Virus record (IMG/VR): IMGVR_UViG_3300036766_000184
Coordinates: 1-64,000 of that record
Direction: 5' to 3' (one strand)
Source of the DNA: a virus
DNA length: 64,000 nucleotides
Made by a program: the position numbers and the translations under genes. The notes under the pieces are model-generated. The model saw only the letters and a program-made list of their open reading frames with translations. It did not search any database and was not told where the DNA came from. Position 1 is the first letter of the stretch. Each line of letters starts with the position of its first letter. Below are positions 1 to 8,867 of this stretch, one piece after another.

Positions 1-14
1 AACCGCGCGCGATT

Positions 15-1211
15 GTGTGGGTCGAATCGCCACTCGTTGCGTGTATCGCTGGGCCGCTCGCTGCGATAGAGATAGCCGTTAGACGGGGCTCGGCGGTGGA
101 CTCTGCGGTGGACTCGGCGGTGCGCTTGGCGGTGCGCTCGGCGGTGGACTTGGCGGTGGGCTCGGCGGTGGGCTCGGCGGTGGGCTCGGCGGTGCGCTCG
201 GCGGTGCGCTCGGCGGTGGGCTTGGCGGTGGACTCGGCGGTGCGCTCGGCGGTGGGCTCGGCGGTGGACTCTGCGGTGGACTCGGCGGTGCGCTTGGCGG
301 TGCGCTCGGCGGTGCGCTCGGCGGTGGGCTTGGCGGTGGACTCGGCGGTGAACTCGGCGGTGGGCTCGGCGGTGGACTCTGCGGTGCGCTTGGCGGTGGA
401 CTCGGCGGTGGACTCGGCGGTGCGCTTGGCGGTGCGCTCGGCGGTGCGCTCGGCGGTGGACTCTGCGGTGGACTCGGCGGTGCGCTCGGCGGTGCGCTTG
501 GCGGTGCGCTCGGCGGTGGACTTGGCGGTGGACTCGGCGGTGGACTCGGCGGTGGACTCGGCGGTGAACTCGGCTTGGTATAACATCATCGGAGGCCAGT
601 TCTGGTCGTGGTGGCCAGCCTACACGAGCTTCTTCCGCGAGGCCATGCGTCTCCACTTGCCAGACGGTCTTTGGGATCGAGACCGCGCCCATGCCGACAC
701 CGCGATGAGCGCGTGCTGGTGGTGGCCGCATCGAGAGTTCATCATTGTCTCGAATCGGCCGGATACAATTTCGCGCAACGCGCGAGGTCAGCTACACAGC
801 GACACGGGCGCGGCGCTACAATTCCGGGACGGATGGACTCTCTATTCGCTCAACGGCGTGCCGGTCCAGCGGTCTCTGGTAGAGACACGCGCAGAGGATC
901 TAGACCCACGTCTTATCGTCAGCGAGCGTAACGTAGATGTGCGCCGGGAGATCATCCGAAAAATCGGCATCGAGCGTGTCTGCGCTGGGCTTGGCGCGAC
1001 GGTGCTGGACACCGGCACGGACGACGCGGGCCAGCCGTGTGAGGTGTTGGAGCTGCATCTCGGTGATGGGGTTCCGGTGCGGCGGTACGTGAAGCTTCGA
1101 CACCCCGGCGTGGGGACGTACCATATCGAGGCCGTTCATCCCGATTGCCGTACCGTGGAGGCGGCGCTCAGATTTCGTCGCGGCGATCATCCGTTGATTT
1201 GGCAGGCATAG
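15..1211 (+). CDS. DUF6745-like phage protein with long (S/L)AV(D/R/G) repeat tract; probably 5'-truncated by the window
   Basis: Contains CWWWPHREFIIVSNRP...GQLHSDTGAALQFRDGWTLYSLNGV and NVDVRREIIRKIGIER, which I recognise as DUF6745-type motifs. The frame is open to the window edge. Confidence 0.7.
   Translation: MWVESPLVACIAGPLAAIEIAVRRGSAVDSAVDSAVRLAVRSAVDLAVGSAVGSAVGSAVRSAVRSAVGLAVDSAVRSAVGSAVDSAVDSAVRLAVRSAVRSAVGLAVDSAVNSAVGSAVDSAVRLAVDSAVDSAVRLAVRSAVRSAVDSAVDSAVRSAVRLAVRSAVDLAVDSAVDSAVDSAVNSAWYNIIGGQFWSWWPAYTSFFREAMRLHLPDGLWDRDRAHADTAMSACWWWPHREFIIVSNRPDTISRNARGQLHSDTGAALQFRDGWTLYSLNGVPVQRSLVETRAEDLDPRLIVSERNVDVRREIIRKIGIERVCAGLGATVLDTGTDDAGQPCEVLELHLGDGVPVRRYVKLRHPGVGTYHIEAVHPDCRTVEAALRFRRGDHPLIWQA
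89..575 (+). repeat. ~40 tandem 12-bp units, CTCGGCGGTG(GA/CG/GG/AA) with CTTG/CTCT variants
   Basis: Directly visible; in frame and encodes SAVD/SAVR/SAVG/LAVD. Confidence 0.95.
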
Positions 1212-1230
1212 CACCAACACGAGGAGTGCG

Positions 1231-1545
1231 GTGATGCAGAGAGCAGGATTTGGCCATGGTGATGTACTGCTGATCCCGGCCACGATTCCGGTGGACGCGA
1301 AGCTGATTGACCGGCGCGTGCTTGCGCACGGCGAGACAGGGCACGCGCACGCGCTTGTGGACGATGCCGATGTGTCGGTCTACGAGGACGACAAAGGCAC
1401 GCTCTGGCTCCGTGTGGGCCCGAAGGGTGCCGGGATCACGCACGAGGAGCACGGGCGGCACGAGATCGCGCCGGGTGAGTATCGAGTGGGGCGGCAGGCC
1501 GAATGGGACTACGACGCCGCCGAGAGACGGAACGTCGCGGACTAA
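1231..1545 (+). CDS. Conserved small phage protein, usual neighbour of DUF6745 genes
   Basis: Motifs HGDVLL, LAHGETGHAH, THEEH and PGEYRVGRQAEWD; GAGGAG ribosome-binding site. Confidence 0.75.
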   Translation: MMQRAGFGHGDVLLIPATIPVDAKLIDRRVLAHGETGHAHALVDDADVSVYEDDKGTLWLRVGPKGAGITHEEHGRHEIAPGEYRVGRQAEWDYDAAERRNVAD

Positions 1546-1559
1546 CACCTGAGAAAGCG

Positions 1560-1890
1560 ATGAACAAGCCAGAACCGTCCTGGATCACGGCCAACGCAGG
1601 CATGTCGCTGGTCTCGTGCGGCCGATGCTTCGGGGAAGAACGCTTCGAGTTCCCCGTCCAGATGGGAGATTGGGCTGAGCGGTCCAAAGAAGTTCATCGC
1701 GCGGCACAGGACGTGCCCGGAGCCGTGCGCGGGTGCTGATCTTCGCGCGCCGGCGGTTGCGGTGAGTGCGCTGGGGTGGATCGTGTCGGACGATGTCGGC
1801 GTGAGTTCGATGACGATCTGGGCCGTGATGATGGGCGTCCCGTACGCCAGCCAGCATCCCCCACGAGATGTCGGCGACTTCGGCCGGTGA
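1560..1890 (+). pseudogene. Frameshifted and truncated hypothetical phage gene
   Basis: The CxxC N-terminus continues sensibly only in another frame after an extra A near 1686-1688 (KKFIARHRTC...WIVSDDVGVSSMTIWAVMMG...PRDVGDFGR*). Confidence 0.5.
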
Positions 1891-2336
1891 TGAACGGCGA
1901 CTCGCGACCTGACACGATCAAGGACTTCCCGGGGACGACCATGGACCGCGCCGGCGGACACTGGCCCAATCGCCTGACCACAATGATCATGCTCGGCGCC
2001 AGCGGCACGACCACGCCCGAGACCGTGGACATCCCGGCCATCGAGGAGTCCGTCGAGCGCAAGTACAACATCCTCGCCCAGGGGATCGAACACGGCACCT
2101 GGCACACCCATCACGACAGTTTCCTATTCCTCGCCAAGGACCGAGCGGTGCCGGCGACGCTCCGGTTCTACCGGACTCAGTGCGACGCGCTCGGGGCCGG
2201 GCAGGACCAGCTCAACGGAATCGACCGGCTGATCGAGCGCGTGGAGCGCTTCCAGTTACTCCACCCGGAGCTGGTCAAGGTGGCGGACGTGGACCCCGAA
2301 TACGCGGTCAGAATCACAGGACCGAACTCCGCATGA
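1890..2336 (+). CDS. Hypothetical phage protein (FLFLAKDRAVPATLRFY family)
   Basis: Coupled TGATG start; conserved-looking motif. Confidence 0.6.
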   Translation: MNGDSRPDTIKDFPGTTMDRAGGHWPNRLTTMIMLGASGTTTPETVDIPAIEESVERKYNILAQGIEHGTWHTHHDSFLFLAKDRAVPATLRFYRTQCDALGAGQDQLNGIDRLIERVERFQLLHPELVKVADVDPEYAVRITGPNSA

Positions 2337-2845
2337 GCGAGTTGCCCGGCCGGGCAAGGCCCACCCGCCTCGAAGTCGACATCTTCCGGCGCGACGTTCC
2401 GTACTGGCACGACGTCTACGTCTACACGGAAGAGACCCCGGGCGACCTCTCGACGAGCATCCCGGACGGCGGTCCCGACTTCTTCGTCTACCGCGGGCGT
2501 ACAGCCATCGCGGGCTGGCCTCGGGCCCGGGTCAAGGCGTTCCGGTGGGTGGAGAGTGGGGACAAGAAGGATGGTCGGTCTGGTATAGGCATCCAGATCG
2601 CATTGGAGCGCAACGAAGCCGCCTGGAGGCGGGAGACCGAAGCCGCCTTGGAGGAGTACAGCCGTGGTCTCGGGTTCATCAAGGCCCTGCTGAAAGCGAG
2701 GATTGACCGGATTACCCAAGACAAAGCGTGTTATTCGGAATCACCGCATATCCGGTCGGGAATAACGCCATCTACACAGCCAGCGCCGAATCAGCGCCAT
2801 TCCCCGTATCGTTATGGGTACGGGGCAGCGGGTGGGACTACATGA
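2333..2845 (+). CDS. Hypothetical protein
   Basis: ATGA overlaps at both ends. Confidence 0.55.
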   Translation: MSELPGRARPTRLEVDIFRRDVPYWHDVYVYTEETPGDLSTSIPDGGPDFFVYRGRTAIAGWPRARVKAFRWVESGDKKDGRSGIGIQIALERNEAAWRRETEAALEEYSRGLGFIKALLKARIDRITQDKACYSESPHIRSGITPSTQPAPNQRHSPYRYGYGAAGGTT

Positions 2846-2970
2846 TCCGCCTCGTCCTCTTCGCCGTCGGTCTGATCGTCGTGATCTGGACCGTCTACGT
2901 GCTCGGCTACAGGGCCGGATGTGACGACCAGCGGGAGGCTCGTGGTCTACCGTCGATGGACGACCGGTGA
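2842..2970 (+). CDS. Small single-TM membrane protein
   Basis: MIRLVLFAVGLIVVIWTVYVLGY; translationally coupled to its neighbours. Confidence 0.55.
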   Translation: MIRLVLFAVGLIVVIWTVYVLGYRAGCDDQREARGLPSMDDR

Positions 2971-3890
2971 CACCACCCGTCAGCGACACACCACTCCTCG
3001 TCCTCTACGTCCGGGTCACCTGGGCGGCCCGCTGGGCGATCCTGCTGCTGGTCTTCGTCTCGGTCTCGACGACGTTCGGGATACAGCTCCGGGGCGGCCT
3101 CGGGCGCACCTGGGAGGCGAAGGCGAAGCTCGGCATCGACCACGTGGGGGACCTCGGAGGGGCACTCCCGATCCTCAAGGCCCGCCTGACGAGCGGGGAC
3201 TTCGCCCGCGAGATCGGGTTGCCGGCCGGGTCCAGCGTGGCGGTGGTCGGGGTCGCAGTCCTGGATGTCACGGTCTCGTCGACGAGTGCCGATGACTCGA
3301 TCCGGGCCGCGAACGCGCTGGTCGACCGGCTCATCGAGGAACAGAGTGAAGCCCGACAACGATCCGAAGGGGTGCTGTCGGGGCAGGAGGCAGCCCGGAG
3401 AGCGCTGGTCGAGCGCGAGCTGGCGGCGATCAAGACCGGCACGGAGACGATCCGTGCGGAGCTTGCGGCCCTGACTCAATCAGTCCAGGTCGCCGCGACG
3501 GCCGCCGATGCCGCGATCCGTCAGGCCGCCGCGACCCCCAATCGTGGCGTCATCATCGGGGACACCCCGGAAGAGCGTCGCTTGGCCCGGCTTGAACGGG
3601 AGCGGGACAAGGTCGAGGCCGCGGCCGACCACCTGGAGCAGCGTCGGGGCGATCTCATGGCCCCGATGTCACAGGCCGGCCCGGTGACCACGGCGCCCCG
3701 GATGACCCTGACCCGAATCGACCGTGCGGTGGGGGCTACGCGGCTGCCCAGCCACATCTGGACGACCCTTCTATGCTCTGGAATGGGGTCGTTCCTCCTG
3801 GGGGTTCTGCTGGCCGCGCTCCGCTTCTGGTGGCAGGACGAGATGGTGAAGGAGCGTGTCAGGAACGAGCGCATGAAGGCCGGGGCGTGA
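2967..3890 (+). CDS. Wzz/GumC-like polysaccharide co-polymerase (chain-length determinant)-like membrane protein
   Basis: N-terminal TM (RWAILLLVF), then TWEAKAKL and VLDVTVSSTSADDSIRAANALVD, a long coiled coil, and a C-terminal Gly-rich TM (GMGSFLLGVLLAALRFWW). Confidence 0.55.
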   Translation: MTPPVSDTPLLVLYVRVTWAARWAILLLVFVSVSTTFGIQLRGGLGRTWEAKAKLGIDHVGDLGGALPILKARLTSGDFAREIGLPAGSSVAVVGVAVLDVTVSSTSADDSIRAANALVDRLIEEQSEARQRSEGVLSGQEAARRALVERELAAIKTGTETIRAELAALTQSVQVAATAADAAIRQAAATPNRGVIIGDTPEERRLARLERERDKVEAAADHLEQRRGDLMAPMSQAGPVTTAPRMTLTRIDRAVGATRLPSHIWTTLLCSGMGSFLLGVLLAALRFWWQDEMVKERVRNERMKAGA

Positions 3891-4127
3891 GCCGCTCCCA
3901 TGGCCTCTTGATCCCCATCGTGATCTTTGGCATTCTCGCCGCCGTGGCGATCCACTCCCTGTTGACGGAGATCGGGGCGATTCAATGAAACGTGGGACGA
4001 GAGGAGCGGACGATGAGATTTGTCGGAGAGACTGACCCCGGCGTGTCCCCGGAGGCGCGGGAGCGGGCGACCGACGCGCGTTCAGAGCGGCCTGGACGAC
4101 GACGACGCGCGTATCGCCGGAGCCCCA

Positions 4128-4162
4128 CCCATGACGCCCGCTGAGCCGAGGGAGGAATGATG
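4128..4162 (+). repeat. 35-bp direct repeat, copy 1 (copy 2 at 60692-60726)
   Basis: CCCATGACGCCCGCTGAGCCGAGGGAGGAATGATG is identical at both sites. Confidence 0.9.
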
Positions 4163-4513
4163 GAGCACCCGTGAACACCGCCCGCGCCCTCGTGGCGCTG
4201 GTCCCGGCGACGGGGACGGAGGGCGCGTGGGGAGGGCGCGGAGAACTGATCTGATTGCCATCTGGACCGTCACCTACCAGGTCCGGTACGCCGGGGCCGT
4301 CAACGAGCGGTCCCTCACAGTCGCGGCCGGGTGCGTCGAGGACGCGATCAAGAAAGCGAAGGCGCACGTGACGAAGCAGCGTCATCACGCGTGGGTCGTG
4401 ACGGTCGGGGTCGCGCTGCTGGCGAAAGCGGATCTGTGAACCCCGCAATCCTCGTATCCACACGGCCTCGTCGGGTACACTGAGCCCCACGACACCACGA
4501 AGGAGTGACGACT

Positions 4514-4666
4514 ATGGCCAAGCTCCCGAAGAACTTCAAGTCGTTCGTCAAGAAGGGCGCCGAGGGCTCGCCGATCGAAGAGAAGAGCGAGAGCGCGGCC
4601 GAGATGCGGGCCGAGAAGAAGAATCCGTTCGCCGAGATGGCCGAGAAGAAGAAAAAGAAGAAGTAG
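4514..4666 (+). CDS. Small Lys-rich protein (50 aa; not in the ORF track)
   Basis: AAGGAG ribosome-binding site and upstream TACACT -10; MAKLPKNFKSFVKK...MAEKKKKKK. Confidence 0.7.
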   Translation: MAKLPKNFKSFVKKGAEGSPIEEKSESAAEMRAEKKNPFAEMAEKKKKKK

Positions 4667-4722
4667 CGTTGCCCGGCGGGCAGTGATTCCGCTCCCGACC
4701 CTTGACCCAGGAGGAGCCTGAG

Positions 4723-5214
4723 ATGTCCGAGCAGAGAGCACCGTACGGGACCGCTGTCCTCAACGGGGACGACACGCCTGAGACGAGCCCGGACGTGCGC
4801 GAGCAGTTGCGCCGGTGGCTGGACGCCGAAGCGGCCTCGCCCGAGCACGCGATCCTGCTGCCGTCGGCCGCGAAGTCGTACCTGCGCGCCTTCATGGACG
4901 CGCTGGACCGGGCTGAAGAGACGATCGACCGACTCAACCTCGCGGCTGACTTTCTCGCGGGCGACGTTGCTCAGATCACGGCCGCCGAGCACAAGCTGAT
5001 CCGCCAGCGGGACAACGCCCATCGTCTACACGCGGCCCACGAGCGGTTGCTCCGGCGCCACCGGGAGAAGATCCGGGACTTCGAGGCGCTCCGGACTGCC
5101 GTGTTGGGCGAGGAGGGGTTTCACCCTGCGGTGGTCAATGAGATCAAGTGCGCGGCCATCGCCAACGGGTTACCCGAGAAGGCCCTTCAGCGTCGGACTC
5201 GGAAGCCCGCATGA
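4723..5214 (+). CDS. Hypothetical coiled-coil protein
   Basis: AGGAGG ribosome-binding site; GC3-biased ORF. Confidence 0.65.
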   Translation: MSEQRAPYGTAVLNGDDTPETSPDVREQLRRWLDAEAASPEHAILLPSAAKSYLRAFMDALDRAEETIDRLNLAADFLAGDVAQITAAEHKLIRQRDNAHRLHAAHERLLRRHREKIRDFEALRTAVLGEEGFHPAVVNEIKCAAIANGLPEKALQRRTRKPA

Positions 5215-5762
5215 CCACCGGGAACCGCGCGCACGCAGCGCTGTTCGCCATCGTGGCGCTCTGCGTCGTCTTCGTCGCGGCGGGCATGGTCGTGATCCTG
5301 AACATGGAGCGCCCGGTCACACAGAAGCCTGCGGCGACGATGACGGAGGGGAGCCGCGGCGCTACCTCTATCGCCGTCACGGGCGGCGACGGGAAGCTCG
5401 CCATGGGCGACACGAAGGCGACCGCCGCTGTGGCCGCTCTGGCGATCATCACCGCGGAGAAGATCCGCACCGACGAGGAGGCGGCGGCCAAGGCCAAGGC
5501 ACGCAAGGCCCCGCCCACCACGCCGCGCCTCGAGACGAGCGGGTGGAGCGTGCCCTACGGGGTCCACGGGGCTCCGTCGAAGGCTCAGGCAGCCCTGACG
5601 ATGACCGAGGATGTCGGGTATCCGGTCGCCCTACGCCCCGATTACTGGAACGCGCTGGCCTTGGCGGTCGGGTGCCCGCAGACGTTTGCTTGGGGCGGCC
5701 GGCTCACAGACTCGGATGCGCTGGCGATCCTGCGGTGCGCGCAGAGCCCGGTCGCGCGCTGA
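5211..5762 (+). CDS. Hypothetical membrane-anchored protein
   Basis: ATGA coupling; N-terminal TM helix. Confidence 0.6.
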   Translation: MTTGNRAHAALFAIVALCVVFVAAGMVVILNMERPVTQKPAATMTEGSRGATSIAVTGGDGKLAMGDTKATAAVAALAIITAEKIRTDEEAAAKAKARKAPPTTPRLETSGWSVPYGVHGAPSKAQAALTMTEDVGYPVALRPDYWNALALAVGCPQTFAWGGRLTDSDALAILRCAQSPVAR

Positions 5763-5775
5763 GGAGGACACAGCC

Positions 5776-6024
5776 ATGATGACCATTGCGCTCGCGTGTG
5801 CGATCGCCACCACGTTCCTCCCGCCCGCTGGCTGGACCATCGTCAAGATCGAGCCGCCTGCTCAGCACGTAACGAGCATGCTCTACGTGCCGGGGACAAC
5901 AACTTGGCAATCGGAGCGACAACCACCACCGCGGGCCATCGTCCATCTGACGCGTGAGATCAAGCCCGGCGAGTCGGTGACGCCTCCTGACGGCTGCATG
6001 CCCGTGTCCATGAGCGGCCGGTGA
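5776..6024 (+). CDS. Hypothetical protein
   Basis: GAGGAGG ribosome-binding site. Confidence 0.55.
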   Translation: MMTIALACAIATTFLPPAGWTIVKIEPPAQHVTSMLYVPGTTTWQSERQPPPRAIVHLTREIKPGESVTPPDGCMPVSMSGR

Positions 6025-6109
6025 GCGTCCTCTACATCCTCCGGTCCTGGCTGGCCTTCGAGGTCGGCCGTCTCGTGGGTCGCCGCTGGGGACGGACGGA
6101 GCGGTACTG

Positions 6110-6694
6110 ATGGCCTGTACGCTCGACGCCCCCTGCGGCGGGGCCCTCGTGGAAGACGCGGCCATCCTCCGAGAGCAGCTCGGATTCCGCTTCTTCCGTT
6201 GCGGAAACGGTCACAGCCACAAGGTCGTCAAGACGACGCGCCGGCAGTACGGTCGTCCGGTCACGGCCCAGTGCAAGGGCTGCGGGGTCATGTTCGAGCG
6301 GGTCCCGATCAGCCGGCGGGCTGGGCGCCTGCCGCTCTGCTGTTCGCGCGCCTGTGCCCACGACGTCGCGGCCCGAGCCCGTATGAAACTCCACTCCGCG
6401 ACCGTCGTCCGGCTCTACGTGGGCCAACACTGGACGCTGATGCGGATCGCCCGGCACTTCGGTCTCGCACACCACGAGGCGGTGACGACGGCCCTGCGGC
6501 GGGCCGGGGTCAAGCCGCGAGTCCACACGTCCACGCGCCAGTGCATCGAGCCGGACTGCCGGCGTCCTGTGGACGCGCAGGTAGACCGCGCGCGCCACGG
6601 GAGTACGCGGTGTCGGGCGCACCGGATGGCGCGGGAGCGAGCCAGGTCCCTCAAGTGGTGGCGAGCGCATCGCGGGAAGGCTAAGGCGGCATGA
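6110..6694 (+). CDS. Cys-rich Zn-finger/HTH DNA-binding protein
   Basis: CKGCG...CCSRAC motif plus an HTH-like segment WTLMRIARHFGLAHHEAVTTALRRAGV. Confidence 0.55.
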   Translation: MACTLDAPCGGALVEDAAILREQLGFRFFRCGNGHSHKVVKTTRRQYGRPVTAQCKGCGVMFERVPISRRAGRLPLCCSRACAHDVAARARMKLHSATVVRLYVGQHWTLMRIARHFGLAHHEAVTTALRRAGVKPRVHTSTRQCIEPDCRRPVDAQVDRARHGSTRCRAHRMARERARSLKWWRAHRGKAKAA

Positions 6695-6939
6695 GTTTCC
6701 TGTCCCGAGGAATGAATGGAGTTCTCGACTGGCTCACCGCCGACTCCACTGCCCGCCGGGCACGCTCGATGGACTGGCATCTCCGCAACCTCAACTTGGT
6801 GCGCCACCGGCCCTGCGGGAAGTTCGTGATCCAGCGGCCCGACGACCCGGAGATCCAGCGGCTGCTGCGGATGGACCTTGCGGCGTTCAACGCGGCGATC
6901 TGTGGGTGTGAGGCGGGCGCGTTCGTGATGAGCGAATGA
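6691..6939 (+). CDS. Hypothetical protein
   Basis: Coupled ORF. Confidence 0.45.
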   Translation: MSFLSRGMNGVLDWLTADSTARRARSMDWHLRNLNLVRHRPCGKFVIQRPDDPEIQRLLRMDLAAFNAAICGCEAGAFVMSE

Positions 6940-7250
6940 TGGACTGCGAGCCAGAATACCAAACCGCGTTCTATGCGTGCGGGTGCTGGGCAACTGGATA
7001 TGGATACGAACGGATACCAGCCTATTGCCCCGAGCACGGACACCCCGCGGTACCTCCCGGCTCAATCCTTGACGAGTTCCGCTGCTCCGGCGAGTGCCCG
7101 ATTTGTGGCGGTGATGGCCACGTTTGCGAGGCGCACCCAGATCGCCCGTGGCGCGACGGCGACGGATGCTGCGGCGCGGCCGGGATGCCCTGTCCGAACA
7201 TCACGAAGACGCGCGCGGCATTCATGTCCGCGCCCCGTTCCACTTCGTGA
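6936..7250 (+). CDS. Cys-rich hypothetical protein
   Basis: CPICGGDGHVCEAHPDRPW...CCGAAGMPCP. Confidence 0.55.
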   Translation: MMDCEPEYQTAFYACGCWATGYGYERIPAYCPEHGHPAVPPGSILDEFRCSGECPICGGDGHVCEAHPDRPWRDGDGCCGAAGMPCPNITKTRAAFMSAPRSTS

Positions 7251-7376
7251 GCATGGACGCGAAGGCGTGAAACCCAAGCCCCCGAAGCCCGAGCCAACGC
7301 CCCGCCCCGAGAACCACGGGAAGTTGTGTCAGTGTATCGGGTGCCGATCGGCGCGCACTGCCCGGCCGGGCAAGAA

Positions 7377-7601
7377 GTGAAGGTCGAACTCTGGGACCGC
7401 GACGGCGTGCCGCTCCGGTACGCGAATCTTCCGATCGAGCGCGGTGAGAGAGTCGTGAAGATCCCGATCCGTTCACGCCTCACCGCGAGCGCGTTCGACA
7501 GCGGCGACGCCATCCCTGACCACGCCCCATTCCACGACGCGACCTACCTCCGCGTCAACCCCGGACGGGCCGGCGTGCCGATTTTCCGGGAACAGGTGTG
7601 A
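7377..7601 (+). CDS. Hypothetical protein whose 3' end is duplicated in diverged form after tnpB
   Basis: GTGA-coupled start; ends VPIFREQV*. Confidence 0.6.
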   Translation: MKVELWDRDGVPLRYANLPIERGERVVKIPIRSRLTASAFDSGDAIPDHAPFHDATYLRVNPGRAGVPIFREQV

Positions 7602-7626
7602 GCGGCCCCCTACGTCGAGATCTTGA

Positions 7627-8829
7627 GTGCTGATCCACCGCGGCTTCCGCTACCGCATCTACCCGACCCCCGAGCAAGCCGAGCGCTTGCGCCAGTGGGA
7701 AGGGTCGCTACGAGTGCTCTGGAACCTCGCCCACGAGCAGCGCCTTGCGTACCTGCACCGACACGTCAAGATGCCGTCGGCCTTCGACCAGATCAACGAG
7801 TTGACGGCCCTCCGTGCCGACGTGTCGTGGATCGCGGATGTGCCTCGGGATGTGACCGCGCAACTCCTGGTGGACCTCGACGCGGCATGGCAACGGTGTT
7901 TCTCGAAGCTGGCGCGGCGCCCCCGCTGGAAGAAGAAGGGGCGTGACGTGGTAAATATCACCGGGCCGAGATCGGCTAGGTTCCGACTGACCGCCGACGG
8001 CCTTGTATTTCCGAAGCTCGGCGAGATCCGTGCCGCCCTGCACCGACCGATCCGGGGCACCCCGAAACGCTGCACGATCAGTCGAGAGGTCGATCAATGG
8101 TTCGTGTCGATTCTGTGCGAGCAGGACGTGCCCGACCCTGAGATCCGTACCGGCCCGATCGTGGCCATCGACTGCGGGATCACCAACCTGCTCGCCGACT
8201 CGGACGGCGTGCTGACGCCGAATCAGAAACACCTGGAGCAGTCGCTCACGAAGCTGCGACGAGCCCAGCGGGTCGTGGCCCGCCGTGAGAAGGGGTCCCG
8301 TCGTCGCGAGCGTGCAAAGATCCGGGTCGCCAAGATCCACCGGAAGATCCGCCGTCAGCGGGCGCACGTCCTGCACGAACTCTCGTCCCGCTACGCCAAG
8401 AGCCACGGCGTGGTCGTGGTCGAGAACCTGAACATCGCGGGCATGGTCAAGAGCGGGCTCGGCCGGCACATCGCCGGAGCTGGTTGGGGCATCTTCTGCA
8501 CGATGCTCCGCTATAAGCTGGAGGCCACGGGCGGCACGCTCGTTGAAGTCCCCGCCGCCTACTCAAGCCAAGCCTGCGCTCAGTGCGGCGTGGCCGATGC
8601 GGCGAGTCGTCGCGGTGAACAGTTCCGCTGCGTCGCCTGCGGGCATGAAGACCACGCGGACTTGAACGCCGCCAAAGTTCTTCTCAGCCGTCGAAGCGAC
8701 GGTGGTGCTGGCCGTGGAGGCTACGCTGAAGTAAAGCGTCCTGCGAAACGGCAACTTCGCGTCGTAAGGCGCGGACGCTCGACTCAGGGTCTGGGGCCAC
8801 TGCAAAGCCACAGACTTCAGGCCGTGTGA
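7627..8829 (+). CDS. tnpB: RNA-guided endonuclease TnpB (IS200/IS605/IS607 OrfB family), catalytic residues intact
   Basis: GFRYRIYPT N-terminus; RuvC-I VAIDCG, RuvC-II VVVENL, zinc finger CAQCG..CVACG, RuvC-III DHADLNAA. Confidence 0.93.
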   Translation: MLIHRGFRYRIYPTPEQAERLRQWEGSLRVLWNLAHEQRLAYLHRHVKMPSAFDQINELTALRADVSWIADVPRDVTAQLLVDLDAAWQRCFSKLARRPRWKKKGRDVVNITGPRSARFRLTADGLVFPKLGEIRAALHRPIRGTPKRCTISREVDQWFVSILCEQDVPDPEIRTGPIVAIDCGITNLLADSDGVLTPNQKHLEQSLTKLRRAQRVVARREKGSRRRERAKIRVAKIHRKIRRQRAHVLHELSSRYAKSHGVVVVENLNIAGMVKSGLGRHIAGAGWGIFCTMLRYKLEATGGTLVEVPAAYSSQACAQCGVADAASRRGEQFRCVACGHEDHADLNAAKVLLSRRSDGGAGRGGYAEVKRPAKRQLRVVRRGRSTQGLGPLQSHRLQAV

Positions 8830-8856
8830 TGTTTACGCCGATCTTCCAGGAGCAGC
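8690..8856 (+). ncRNA. Predicted omegaRNA overlapping the tnpB 3' end; scaffold ends ~8836, guide ~8837-8856
   Basis: Typical right-end sequence AAGCCACAGACTTCAGGCCGTGTGATGTTTAC after an Arg/Gly-rich ORF tail. The 5' boundary is approximate. Confidence 0.6.
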
Positions 8857-8867
8857 TCTAGCCCGCC

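Noticed and set aside
89-575. Possible CRISPR array or DGR variable region
   Set aside because: Contiguous 12-bp coding units with no spacers; no reverse transcriptase or template repeat in the window.
7627-8829. Nuclease-dead TnpB (TldR-type) or a complete IS element
   Set aside because: All three RuvC acidic residues are present; no tnpA or serine recombinase, and no clear left end.
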